Of a stretch of 35,286 bases of DNA, positions 9,767 to 18,366 are shown one piece after another. A model generated the notes under the pieces. It was not told the origin of the DNA and ran no database searches. It was given only the letters and a program-made list of their open reading frames with translations. The DNA comes from an uncultured Akkermansia sp. (lineage in GTDB: Bacteria; Verrucomicrobiota; Verrucomicrobiia; Verrucomicrobiales; DEV007): the NCBI GenBank assembly GCA_964383345.1, contig CAYLJC010000001.1, positions 5,255-40,540 on the forward strand, read 5' to 3'. Position 1 is the first letter of the stretch. Each line of letters opens with the position of its first letter. Made by a program: the position numbers and the translations under genes.

Positions 9767-9991
9767 ATGAACAACGAAATCGCTCTACTCACCCAGTTTC
9801 TCGAAAGTCTCGGCCCCGAAGTGTCCGGTCATTCCTCCTCCTCGCCGTTGGATCCCGATGAGATCGCCCGGATTCAGCTTTTCGCCGCCGGGAAGTTGAG
9901 TGCGGCGGAGCGCGACGCGCTGCTGCCCGGCATTCTCGAAAACGAAGTCGCCCTCCGCGAACTGGTCTCCGCCCTGCAGGCGACGACCTGA
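9767..9991 (+). CDS. Small hypothetical protein (74 aa)
   Basis: Host-like codon usage, helical amphipathic sequence, fills the gap co-directionally before the GAF gene. Confidence 0.75.
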   Translation: MNNEIALLTQFLESLGPEVSGHSSSSPLDPDEIARIQLFAAGKLSAAERDALLPGILENEVALRELVSALQATT

Positions 9992-10007
9992 GGCGCGCAC
10001 CCCGCGC

Positions 10008-10030
10008 CCCGGACAACCCCGGGTTTTTTT
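10008..10030 (+). terminator. Intrinsic terminator/attenuator-like hairpin
   Basis: CCCGG-ACAACC-CCGGG followed immediately by T7; lies between the 74-aa ORF and the GAF ATG at 10032. Confidence 0.5.
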
Positions 10031-10031
10031 C

Positions 10032-10634
10032 ATGGCCATGACGGGCGTTCGGACGAAACTACTGCGACATCCCGCCTTGTGCGAAGCCGCGCAAGAACTG
10101 GAGAAGCATCTGGGACACTGGATCGGGGCGACCGCACCGGCGCAACTCATCGAGTGGATCGACGAGGCGTCTCTCGGCCTGCTCTGCGACGCGTTTCTGG
10201 AAGCGGGCGGTTGCGAAGGAACGATCTGGCTGTTCGATGAAAATGCCGGCGATCTCGTTGCGGCCTACAATTCAGGAGAAGACGCTGGTTCTCTCGTCGG
10301 ATTCCGCCAGCCTCTCGGCCAGGGCATCATCTCCCTCGTTTTTGTGCAACAGCAGCCCTACTGCGAGAACGAGATTCAGACGAGCGAGGGCTACGATGAC
10401 ACCCTCGACCGGAAGATTTCCAAGCACACCACGGCGATGATCGCGGTGCCGTTTTACTTCGGGTTCGGCTTGCGCGGCGTGATTTCCTGCGTGCAACTCA
10501 AGGAAGCGCGGCGGACCCGCCAGGGTTTCCGTTTCGCCGACGTGGAGACACTCTCGCGGGTGGTCAACCTGGTCGAGCGTCTCATCAACGAGTCCCTTTT
10601 CTCCACCGCACTCGGTTTCCACGATGGGGTCTGA
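10032..10634 (+). CDS. Stand-alone GAF domain protein
   Basis: EGTIWLFDE..LVAAYNSG, QPLGQGIISLVF, TTAMIAVPFYF..RGVISCVQ, F...DVETL: GAF pattern with no output domain. Start may be 10032 or 10038. Confidence 0.85.
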   Translation: MAMTGVRTKLLRHPALCEAAQELEKHLGHWIGATAPAQLIEWIDEASLGLLCDAFLEAGGCEGTIWLFDENAGDLVAAYNSGEDAGSLVGFRQPLGQGIISLVFVQQQPYCENEIQTSEGYDDTLDRKISKHTTAMIAVPFYFGFGLRGVISCVQLKEARRTRQGFRFADVETLSRVVNLVERLINESLFSTALGFHDGV

Positions 10635-11403
10635 CCCGCAGTTGCCATCCGTCCTCTGGCCCGATCTGGAGCAGGCTCGCGCGGCGTTGCGAGCAGGAAC
10701 CGGAGAGGGAATCAAAGTGGCGATCATTGATTCGGGAGTCGACCTCTCCCATCCGGCCCTCGACGGGCTCGAGTTGGAGGATGATCTCACCGTCTCGTGC
10801 GACGGGATCAACCTCCACATCCGCGAAGGCCGGGGGACCGATCTCTATGGACACGGGACCGCCGTTGCCAGCCTGGTCCGGCGGGAGGCCCCGCAGGCGA
10901 AATTGGGCAGCTTTCGCGCGCTCGACAGCAGCAATCACGCCCGCAGTTTCGTCATTGCCGAATGTGTCAACCAGGCCATCAACCGGGGCTATCAGGTGAT
11001 CAATTGCAGCTTCGGCTGCCGTGGTCTGCCGCGCTACGTGATGGACTACAAAGAGTGGGTCGACCGGGCCTACCTCGAAGGGGTGCAGGTGGTGGCGGCG
11101 TGCAGCAACATCGACGTGGGGATCCGCGAGTGGCCCGCGTATTTCCCCAGTGTCATCAGCGTGCGCGGGATCGACTGCGCGCCCGACGCCTTCTATTTCC
11201 GTCCCGGCCGCATGGTTTCCTTTCTCGCCTGCGGGGAGCGGGTCGAAGTCCCCTGGCTCCGGGGAGAAAAAAAGATCGAGACGGGCAGCAGCTACGCCGC
11301 GCCGCTCATCGCCGGAAAAATCGCCCGGCTCCTCTCCGCGCTTCCCGGGATCGATCCCGCCGCCGTAAAGCCGCTCCTCTCCGTGCTCGCGGAACCCGCC
11401 TGA
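10624..11403 (+). CDS. S8 family (subtilisin-like) serine peptidase, minimal and cytoplasmic
   Basis: Catalytic triad motifs VAIIDSGVD, GHGTAVA, TGSSYAAP; oxyanion-region AACSN; no signal peptide or prodomain. Confidence 0.9.
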   Translation: MGSDPQLPSVLWPDLEQARAALRAGTGEGIKVAIIDSGVDLSHPALDGLELEDDLTVSCDGINLHIREGRGTDLYGHGTAVASLVRREAPQAKLGSFRALDSSNHARSFVIAECVNQAINRGYQVINCSFGCRGLPRYVMDYKEWVDRAYLEGVQVVAACSNIDVGIREWPAYFPSVISVRGIDCAPDAFYFRPGRMVSFLACGERVEVPWLRGEKKIETGSSYAAPLIAGKIARLLSALPGIDPAAVKPLLSVLAEPA

Positions 11404-11447
11404 GAGGCTGGGGAAATTATATTTTTTCCCTTGAGGGGGATTTCATC

Positions 11448-11493
11448 TGGACGAAAAGGAAAATAATATTATAATTATTGTAATATTAACAAT
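11448..11493 (+). promoter_or_regulatory. Putative sigma70 promoter overlapped by AT-rich inverted repeats
   Basis: TGGACG (11448-53), 16-nt spacer, TATAAT (11470-75); AATAAT-N6-ATTATT inverted repeat at 11462-79. Confidence 0.5.
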
Positions 11494-11502
11494 CTGTAAT
11501 CC

Positions 11503-12408
11503 TTGAATAACCGTCTTCCAGGGAATTTAGAAGAAATTTTACCGCTTCGTTTCCGTCTCCGGGATGAATTGCGATTTTATCGTGCGTCCGGTGCGATGGT
11601 GGTCGAGCGGGTCGCCCGTCAGCAGCGCTACTCGGTCAAGCTGTGGCAGTTTGAGATGCTGGCGCGCTTCGATGGCACCGAGACCTTCGAGGGCGTGGCC
11701 AAGGAAGTCTACCGTCTGCAACCGGGAGGTTTCACCGCGATGGGCTTGCTGAATTTCTACCAGTGGCTCTACACGGAAGATCTCGTTCTCTGCGAGTGCG
11801 AATCGATTTTCGAACTCGCCGGAGAAACGGAGGACGGGGAGGAAGCGTCCTCTTCCGCCCGGGCCGCCGAACGCCCATGGTGGAGCGACCCCCGCGTCGT
11901 TCGCGGGGCGAAAATCGCGGCGGCGATCGTTTTTTCCCTCTCGGTGTTCCGGCTCGTCTACATCACCGCCCCCATTCTCGAGCCGCCGGCGGGTCGCCTC
12001 CAGGCCGCGGTGCAAAAGATTTTCCGCAAATCGGAGGCGGGTGTCTCACACGGAGAACTCGCCCGCGCGGCGCAGGAACCTGTCGTGGAAAAAGTCAGTC
12101 TCGCCGCCAAAGTCGAAGCCGCCCCGTCCTCCCGCGAGTCCGCCCCGGAGGCACCGGCGGTCTTGGAAAACCCGGCCTCGTCCGCACCGGCGGAAGCGGG
12201 GACGACAAAAGCGCCCCCGACGGAACAAGCGACTTCTCGCGACGGCGGGGAAATCCAATCCATCGAGACCCTGCGCGTCCGGTTGGAAGAATGCCGCATT
12301 CGTCGCGATGAATTTTACCTGCAGAACGACGAAGAAGGCTACCGCCGCGAAGTCCACCGCATGACCCGCCTCGCGAAAGAGATCGGGGACATCGAGAACA
12401 GCCTGTGA
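11503..12408 (+). CDS. Membrane-anchored hypothetical protein with N-terminal PqqD/RRE-like region
   Basis: N-terminal strands then helices (FEMLARFDGTETFEGVAKE..FYQWLYTEDLV), one TM helix (AAAIVFSLSVFRLVYI), Pro/Ala linker, helical C-terminus. TTG start is uncertain. Confidence 0.7.
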   Translation: MNNRLPGNLEEILPLRFRLRDELRFYRASGAMVVERVARQQRYSVKLWQFEMLARFDGTETFEGVAKEVYRLQPGGFTAMGLLNFYQWLYTEDLVLCECESIFELAGETEDGEEASSSARAAERPWWSDPRVVRGAKIAAAIVFSLSVFRLVYITAPILEPPAGRLQAAVQKIFRKSEAGVSHGELARAAQEPVVEKVSLAAKVEAAPSSRESAPEAPAVLENPASSAPAEAGTTKAPPTEQATSRDGGEIQSIETLRVRLEECRIRRDEFYLQNDEEGYRREVHRMTRLAKEIGDIENSL

Positions 12409-12410
12409 GT

Positions 12411-13250
12411 TCACCACGGACGACCCGCGAACAGGCTCGCCCGCACCTCGCTGATGAGAAGATCGCTCCGTTCGCGGCGGTGGAACACGCTGACCGTTTC
12501 ATATCCGGCGGCGGACAGGGAATCCAGCGCGAGATCGAAAGCATCCCCGACCCGCGTCGGGACGTGGGAATCGGAACCGATCACCACGGGAATATTTCGT
12601 TCCGCCATGAGGGCGAGCATTTCGGGTCCCGGGTTCATCTCGGGGTAGGATTTGTTGAGCCCTGACGTGTTGATTTCCATGGCCACACCGGTCTTCGCGA
12701 TGCGGTCGAGCGCGTTTTCAATGAAGGGCCGGATCCGGTCGAAATTCCAATCGACGGGACTCGCGTTCTTCACCAGATCGGGATGGGCGAGGCTGTCGAA
12801 CAGTCCCGTCTCGGCCGATTCGGCGAGGTGGTCGAAATACTGCTTCTGAAAGGCGAGGGGATCGCCGCGCCAGTAGGCGTCCATGTATTCCGCGATGTGC
12901 CAGTGTACCGAACCGAGGATGTAATGGAAATCCGCCCGGGCGTGCAGCTCCCGGAGCCATCCCTCCATTCCCGGAAAAAAATCACTCTCCATCCCGAGCC
13001 GCACCTCGAAGCCCTCGGGAGCGGCATCGGCGGCCTCTTGGACGAGCGCGCGATACTCCTCGAATTGCTCCGGGGACATCCTCACTCGACTGGAAAATCC
13101 GTCGGGCATAGGGCTGTGGCAGGTCATGATGATCCCCGCGAGCCCCCGCGCCGCGCCGTGTTCCATATACTCGATCGGATGCCCCACCGCGTGTTTGCAG
13201 AGCGGGGTGTGCATGTGGCTGTCGAAAAAGAGAGGGGAGCGGGCGGACAT
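12411..13250 (-). CDS. Histidinol-phosphatase, PHP/HisJ family
   Basis: DSHMHTPLCKHA, LGSVH, AHPDLVK, EINTSG, GSDSH motifs. Confidence 0.88.
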   Translation of the reverse strand: MSARSPLFFDSHMHTPLCKHAVGHPIEYMEHGAARGLAGIIMTCHSPMPDGFSSRVRMSPEQFEEYRALVQEAADAAPEGFEVRLGMESDFFPGMEGWLRELHARADFHYILGSVHWHIAEYMDAYWRGDPLAFQKQYFDHLAESAETGLFDSLAHPDLVKNASPVDWNFDRIRPFIENALDRIAKTGVAMEINTSGLNKSYPEMNPGPEMLALMAERNIPVVIGSDSHVPTRVGDAFDLALDSLSAAGYETVSVFHRRERSDLLISEVRASLFAGRPW

Positions 13251-13329
13251 GGAAACAGGAAATCAGAGGGATCGGCCTTCGTGGAGATGGAGCTTGTTCA
13301 CTCCTACGACAGGACCGCCGCCATTTCAT

Positions 13330-14124
13330 TCAAATTTCCTCGATCCGGCGCAGGGCCTCGCAGTTTTCCCGGAGATGCTGCGGGTGGATCGTGCCGACGA
13401 TGGCGGCGGTGGTCGCCGGATGGCGGAAGACAAATTCGAAAGCCGTCGCGACCGGATTCTCCGGAGCGGTCTCCCCGCCGAACCAGCCGCTTCCGAGAGC
13501 CTTTTTCAAAAACACGCTTGTGCCCGTCCGCGCCGCCGCGTCCAGGACCGGTTCTTCTTCGGGGTGCCAGGGGTTGTAGGTCACCATCACGACATCGAGT
13601 CCGAGAGCCACGGCCCGCAGACCACCGGCCACGGTTTTGGTGGAAATGCCCGCCGAGCGGATTTTTCCCTGCTCCTTGAGCGCAAAAAGCGTCTCGACCG
13701 CGCCGGAATGATCGAGGACATCGAGATCGTTCCCGTCCGAGTGCAGGAGGAGGGATTCGACCCTGTCGGTTCGCAGGCGCAAGAGGGTTCGTTCGACGCT
13801 GGCGGTGATCGCGGCGGGGGAGAAATCGAAATGCGACCGCCCCTCGACAAAGTTCTCGCCCGCCTTGGAGACGATGACCCAGTCGTCGCGGCGCGATCCC
13901 AGCAGTCGTCCGAGCCGCTCCTCGCTGGTGCCATAGGCGGGGGCGGTGTCGAGCAGGTTAATGCCTTCGGCGAGGGCCCGTTCGAGCAGATCGAGGATGG
14001 CCTCGTCCGTGGGCAGATCGAAGGCCGTCGGATATTTGACACCCTCGTTCCGGCCGAATTTCACCGTGCCCAGTCCCAGAGAGGAAACGAGCAAATCGGT
14101 GGAGTGGAGGAGGCGTCGGCGCAT
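13330..14124 (-). CDS. Aldo/keto reductase
   Basis: LGLGT, LDTAPAYGTSEERLG, SKAG, SVERTLLRLRTD, GKIRSAGIS. Confidence 0.9.
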   Translation of the reverse strand: MRRRLLHSTDLLVSSLGLGTVKFGRNEGVKYPTAFDLPTDEAILDLLERALAEGINLLDTAPAYGTSEERLGRLLGSRRDDWVIVSKAGENFVEGRSHFDFSPAAITASVERTLLRLRTDRVESLLLHSDGNDLDVLDHSGAVETLFALKEQGKIRSAGISTKTVAGGLRAVALGLDVVMVTYNPWHPEEEPVLDAAARTGTSVFLKKALGSGWFGGETAPENPVATAFEFVFRHPATTAAIVGTIHPQHLRENCEALRRIEEI

Positions 14125-14220
14125 GGGGAGCGGGGAGCGGTAGCTGGGGGCAATCCGCAGAGAAGGGGAAGGAATTTGTTACAGGCGCTCAAGGAGATAA
14201 CGGATCACCGACTGAGGGCC

Positions 14221-15435
14221 TCAGTGCGCTTCGAGGCGACGGCCTTTGGGCTGTCCGATTTCGCCGAGGAGGTTGGTAAACCAGCTCTCGTCGATGTCGA
14301 AGGGTTTGCCGCCCCGGATCCGGGGAAAGGCGATGGTGCTCATGACGTCCCCGTTGTCCTCGTCGAGTCCGGCGACACCGCTGACGCCTTCGAGGGCGGA
14401 CCTGGCGGCCTGGGCGCAACTGGCTTTGATGAGTTCGAGGTCGTCGGCGTTGGGGGCGGCGCTGCGGGCGAAATATCCGCTTTTCTGGACGAGAAACTTC
14501 TCGGCGCCGAGTTTCTCCCGAAGCTGGGCGGCGAACCACTGGCCCACGTTGACGGAGTCGAGACGGTAGTGTCCGAAGGCGTCTTTGGCGGGCTCTTCGC
14601 CTTTGGACTTCAACTGGGCGATGATGTTGTCGAGGCCGGCGCCCTCGCTGAGGAAAATGTTGACGCTGTCGTGCTCGTCCATCTTGGCGTTGAGCCGCTC
14701 GATTTCCTCCTCCATCTTGATTTCCATCTCGGGGAGCCAGACCGCATCGACATCCCAGCGCAACTGGTGGAGGAGGGCGTCGGGGAGCCAGTCGTACTGG
14801 TGCAGACTCTCATGGTAGTCGTGGGCGGCGCGGGAGGTGAGCCAGCCTCAGTGGCGTCCCATCACCTCGTGGACGATGAGCTGGCGCGCACTGGTGGTGT
14901 TTTCGTTGGCGACGTTGCGGAAAAAGCGGGCGCTCTGGTGTGCGGCGGTCCAGGCCCCGAGGGTTTGCTTGATGGGGTAGACGTCGTTGTCGATCGTCTT
15001 GGGCAGTCCGACGACAGTGAGGTGGTAGCCGTGTTCCTGGAGATATTTGGCGAGATCGGCGGCGGTGGTGTTGGTGTCATCTCCGCCGATGGTGTGGAGG
15101 ATGTCCACCTTGTCCGCCTGGAGCCGCTCGGCGGCGATCCGAAGAGGATCCTCGCCGGGTTTCACAAAACCGCGTTTGACGCAGTCGTCGACATTGGTCA
15201 GTTTCACCCGGCTGTTCCCGATGGGGCTGCCGCCGAAGTTGTAGAAAATGGCGGCGTTTTCCCGCACCTGTTTCGGGAAATGATAGGAATTCCCCAGAAG
15301 AAGCCCCTGATATCCGTTGAGATAACCCATCAGGTCGGCGTCGGGCGCGAGGGTGTTGTATTGTTCGATCAGGCCCCCGATGGAGGCGGAAAGGCAGGGG
15401 GCAATCCCCCCGGCGGTCAAAAAAGCAATTCTCAT
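14221..15435 (-). CDS. pfp: PPi-dependent phosphofructokinase with an in-frame TGA at 14848-14850 (recoded, pseudogene or sequence error)
   Basis: TAGGIAPC, GGDDT, PKTIDND, HEVMGRH*GWLT, SEGAG, QKSGYFARS. The ORF-track pieces 14848..15438 and 14221..14763 are in one frame; read-through gives 404 aa. Confidence 0.88.
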
Positions 15436-15658
15436 CAAATCAGGTCAGGGCACACTGGGTGAAGTAGGGGTTTCCTCGTCGGCAAGCTTCCGATGAATCG
15501 TCGGGATGTCAAGCCAGCCGGAATGACATCATCCCTGACAAGCCGCCTCCTGGAGTCAAGGACCGGACCATGGTCTCCGGATGTTTTTCGCGCCCCGGAC
15601 CATTACTTGTTGAAGGTTATGAAATTTTTAGTAATCTTGAATAAATCCGTTATTCCTG

Positions 15659-16114
15659 ATGATTCGTGTTCCGTTTTCTTCCGCGTCCGATGCCCGATCC
15701 AGCACCGCCACGGGGGCGGCGCGTCCCCCCTTGCGGGCGGACGGCGCTCCGGCGAGCGAGGAGGAACGGGTCGCCTGGATCGAAGCGCGCCTCGCCGCGC
15801 TCGAGGCGAAACTGGTGAGCCACGCCGAGGAGTTGAAGTCGCAGGTTTCCGAGCGCGTTGTGCGCATCCAGAGCCGGTTGGAGAATGCGATGCGCCCCTT
15901 CCATTCGGATGGCGAGCTGGAAAAGGGAGACGACGGGGCGGTCAACGTGGTTCCTTTTGCCGCCGCGTCGCCGGACCTGCATCATCTCCACGCGAGCAAC
16001 GCCCGCGAGGCGCTGCATGAGCTCAACCAAACGCTATCCCTCACCCGCGAGCACCTCGAAGCGCTCTCCAGCAGCGTGGATCGCATGCGCCAATCGGTGG
16101 GAAAAGCGGGGTGA
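15659..16114 (+). CDS. Hypothetical coiled-coil protein
   Basis: Two heptad-rich segments (IEARLAALEAKL..., LHELNQTLSLTREHLEAL); fills the gap. Confidence 0.65.
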   Translation: MIRVPFSSASDARSSTATGAARPPLRADGAPASEEERVAWIEARLAALEAKLVSHAEELKSQVSERVVRIQSRLENAMRPFHSDGELEKGDDGAVNVVPFAAASPDLHHLHASNAREALHELNQTLSLTREHLEALSSSVDRMRQSVGKAG

Positions 16115-16199
16115 GGTTCCGGGTGGTGTTACAGCGGCCTTGGGCGTCTGAGCTTGGATGCGGAGGAGGAGAGGAGGCTCGGCCCGAAGCGGGGCGGAC

Positions 16200-17759
16200 T
16201 CACTTCTTGCTTGTTTCGACGGCCTTTTTCAGTTGGTCGAGGGCGGCTTTGGCCTCGGCGGCCACGGCGCTCGCTTTTTCGGAACTGGCCTTGAGGGCTT
16301 CGGCGCGCTTGGTGGCCTCTTCGACGGTTTTGATCGCCGCAGCGAAGTCGGCTTTCGCCTGAGCGGCGCGTTTGGCCGCTTCGTCCGCAGCACTCTGCAC
16401 TTCCGTCACCGCTTTGGCGAACATGGGATCCGCCGCAGGGGCGGGTTTCGCGGGAGCGGGATTGGCTGCGGGCTTCGCCGGAGCCGGAGCGGGCTTCGCT
16501 GGAGCCGGAGCGGGCTTCGCTGGAGCCGGAGCGGGAGCGGGTTTGGTTTCCGGTTTGGCGGGAACAGGTGCGGGTTTGGTTTCGGGTTTGGCGGGAGCCG
16601 GGGCGGGTTTGGCCGCAGGCTTCGGTGGAGCGGGCTTCGTTTCCGGTTTGGCGGGAGCGGGTTGGGTCGCAGGCTTCGCGGGAGCAGGCTTCGCCGGAGC
16701 GGGAGCGGGAGCGGGTTTGGCTTCCGGTTTGGCCGGTGCGGCGGTCTTTGTGTTGGCGGCGAGAACGACGGGTTCGGCCTTGGGCGCTTTCCAGCCGGTA
16801 TTGATGTCGATGCCGGGGATGGCGGCGGCGAGTTTGGTGGCTCCGGCGTCGGTGGCTTTGGTCTGCCAGATGAAAAGTTTTTTCAGCTTTTTCAGGGAGG
16901 CGAGTTTCTGGAGACCGGCGTCGGTGATTTTGGTGCCGTAAAGATTCAGATATTCCAGATTGGCGAGACCTTTCAGGGAATCGAGTCCGGCATCGGTGAC
17001 GGCGGTGTTTTCCAGGTGGAGGCGGGTGAGGTTGTTCATCCCGGCGAGGTGGGCGAGACCTGTGTCGCTCACTTTGGTGCGGGCGAGATCGACCCATTTG
17101 ACCCGTGCGGAGACGGGCTTGAGAACGGCGAGCTGATCATCGGAAAATTCCTTGCTGACATTGAGGGCGCTGAAACGCAGATCGGGGGTGTCCTGGGCGA
17201 TGGGCATGAGCGAGGCGCCGATCTTTTCCACGCTGCCGATGGTCTCGGCGACGAGTTTGTCCATCGCCGGGTCGGCTTTGGGGGCGTCGGCTTTGGCAAC
17301 TTTCTCGGGAACCTCGGGCAGGTTGCCGAGGACGTGGGTGAGAGCGGCGGTCGCTTTCGCATCGGGCTTGAACTCGGCGACGGTTCCGGTGCCTTTGGCC
17401 CCGCTGGTGATCCAGAAGGCGAGCACGGCGGTCTCTTCGGGGGTGAGTTGCTCCTTGTCCTCCGGCGGCATGTGTTCGTCGTCGTCGAGCGGCAGATAGA
17501 CCCGCTGGAGGAGGGGACTCTCATCGACCTTGCCGGCGATGACCGAGGCTCCTTCGTTGCCACCCTTGAGGAGGGCTTCGAGAGAATCGACGCGGAGCTT
17601 GCCTTTGGGTCTTTTTTCCCCATGGCATCCGGCACATTTGGCAGCGAGGATGGGGGCGACGAGATCCTCGTAGAGCTGGCTCTTCATCGCGTCGGCGAAG
17701 GTGGGCGAGGTGGTGAGCAGGCTCAACGCGAGGACGGGAAAAAGGACGCGGCGATTCAT
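16200..17759 (-). CDS. Planctomycete-type cytochrome c + leucine-rich-repeat protein with Pro/Ala/Lys tail
   Basis: Signal peptide; CAGCH heme motif; HMPP; LRRs (LTRLHLENTAVTDAGL, LEYLNLYGTKITDAGL); about 100 aa of PAPAK repeats; Ala-rich helical end. Confidence 0.88.
   Translation of the reverse strand: MNRRVLFPVLALSLLTTSPTFADAMKSQLYEDLVAPILAAKCAGCHGEKRPKGKLRVDSLEALLKGGNEGASVIAGKVDESPLLQRVYLPLDDDEHMPPEDKEQLTPEETAVLAFWITSGAKGTGTVAEFKPDAKATAALTHVLGNLPEVPEKVAKADAPKADPAMDKLVAETIGSVEKIGASLMPIAQDTPDLRFSALNVSKEFSDDQLAVLKPVSARVKWVDLARTKVSDTGLAHLAGMNNLTRLHLENTAVTDAGLDSLKGLANLEYLNLYGTKITDAGLQKLASLKKLKKLFIWQTKATDAGATKLAAAIPGIDINTGWKAPKAEPVVLAANTKTAAPAKPEAKPAPAPAPAKPAPAKPATQPAPAKPETKPAPPKPAAKPAPAPAKPETKPAPVPAKPETKPAPAPAPAKPAPAPAKPAPAPAKPAANPAPAKPAPAADPMFAKAVTEVQSAADEAAKRAAQAKADFAAAIKTVEEATKRAEALKASSEKASAVAAEAKAALDQLKKAVETSKK
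16440..16742 (-). repeat. Coding minisatellite (PAPAKP/KPETKP repeats)
   Basis: Includes three tandem 21-bp units GCGGGCTTCGCYGGAGCCGGA at 16468-16530, plus degenerate units. Confidence 0.85.
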
Positions 17760-17928
17760 AGGCAGGGAAAATTTTTACAATATTTACACAATCTATTCCG
17801 GTCTGTTCCGGGAAATCAAGCCTCAATAGGGTAGGTGATCGTGGTAAAGTCACGTGTGGGATCTTCCGGGTTGCCGCCGTCTGGGAGAGGGAGCATCTTC
17901 CACTGGTAAAAAAAATCCTGGAAACGGA

Positions 17929-18351
17929 ATGACACCCGAAGGCACATCGCAGACGCAGCAGAGCATGGAGACGATCGTGATGGAGGCGTTGGGCGAAGAG
18001 GGTTTCGCCGCCCTCATCGCCGCGTTTTATCGTCGCGTCCGCACGGATGAGGTGATCGGTCCGATGTATCCCGAAGACGACTGGGAAGGATCGGAAAAAC
18101 GTCTCCGCGATTTTCTCATTTTCCGCTTCGGCGGTTCCGACCGCTACCTGATCCAGCGGGGGCATCCGCGCCTGCGCATGAGACACGTTCCCTTTCGGAT
18201 CGGCTCGGCCGAGCGGGATCGCTGGCTCGAACTGATGGATGCCGCGATGGACGAGATCGAACTGGATGGCGAAGCCCGCGTCCATCTTGCCGCGTTCCTG
18301 GCCCAGGTCGCCGATTTCCTGCGCAACCAACCCGATGACACCACGACCTGA
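17929..18351 (+). CDS. Group II truncated hemoglobin (globin)
   Basis: LG..GF..LIAAFYRRV..D..IGPMYP, FGG..Y...RGHPRLRMRH.PF.I...ERDRWL. Start 17929 or 17965. Confidence 0.9.
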   Translation: MTPEGTSQTQQSMETIVMEALGEEGFAALIAAFYRRVRTDEVIGPMYPEDDWEGSEKRLRDFLIFRFGGSDRYLIQRGHPRLRMRHVPFRIGSAERDRWLELMDAAMDEIELDGEARVHLAAFLAQVADFLRNQPDDTTT

Positions 18352-18366
18352 TATTTCCCTACAACC

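Noticed and set aside
14848-14850. Genome-wide UGA reassignment (code 4/25) as explanation for the pfp stop
   Set aside because: Many intact genes here end in TGA at the expected family C-terminus (e.g. lipA, Gfo/Idh/MocA), and Trp is encoded by TGG.
13126-15462. 778-aa plus-strand ORF
   Set aside because: Shadow of the AKR and pfp genes; no recognisable domain.
16158-17834. Gly-rich plus-strand ORFs (558 aa, 189 aa) and the repeat as a CRISPR array
   Set aside because: Antisense reading of the Pro/Ala/Lys coding repeat; units are in-frame and tandem with no unique spacers, and no cas genes are present.
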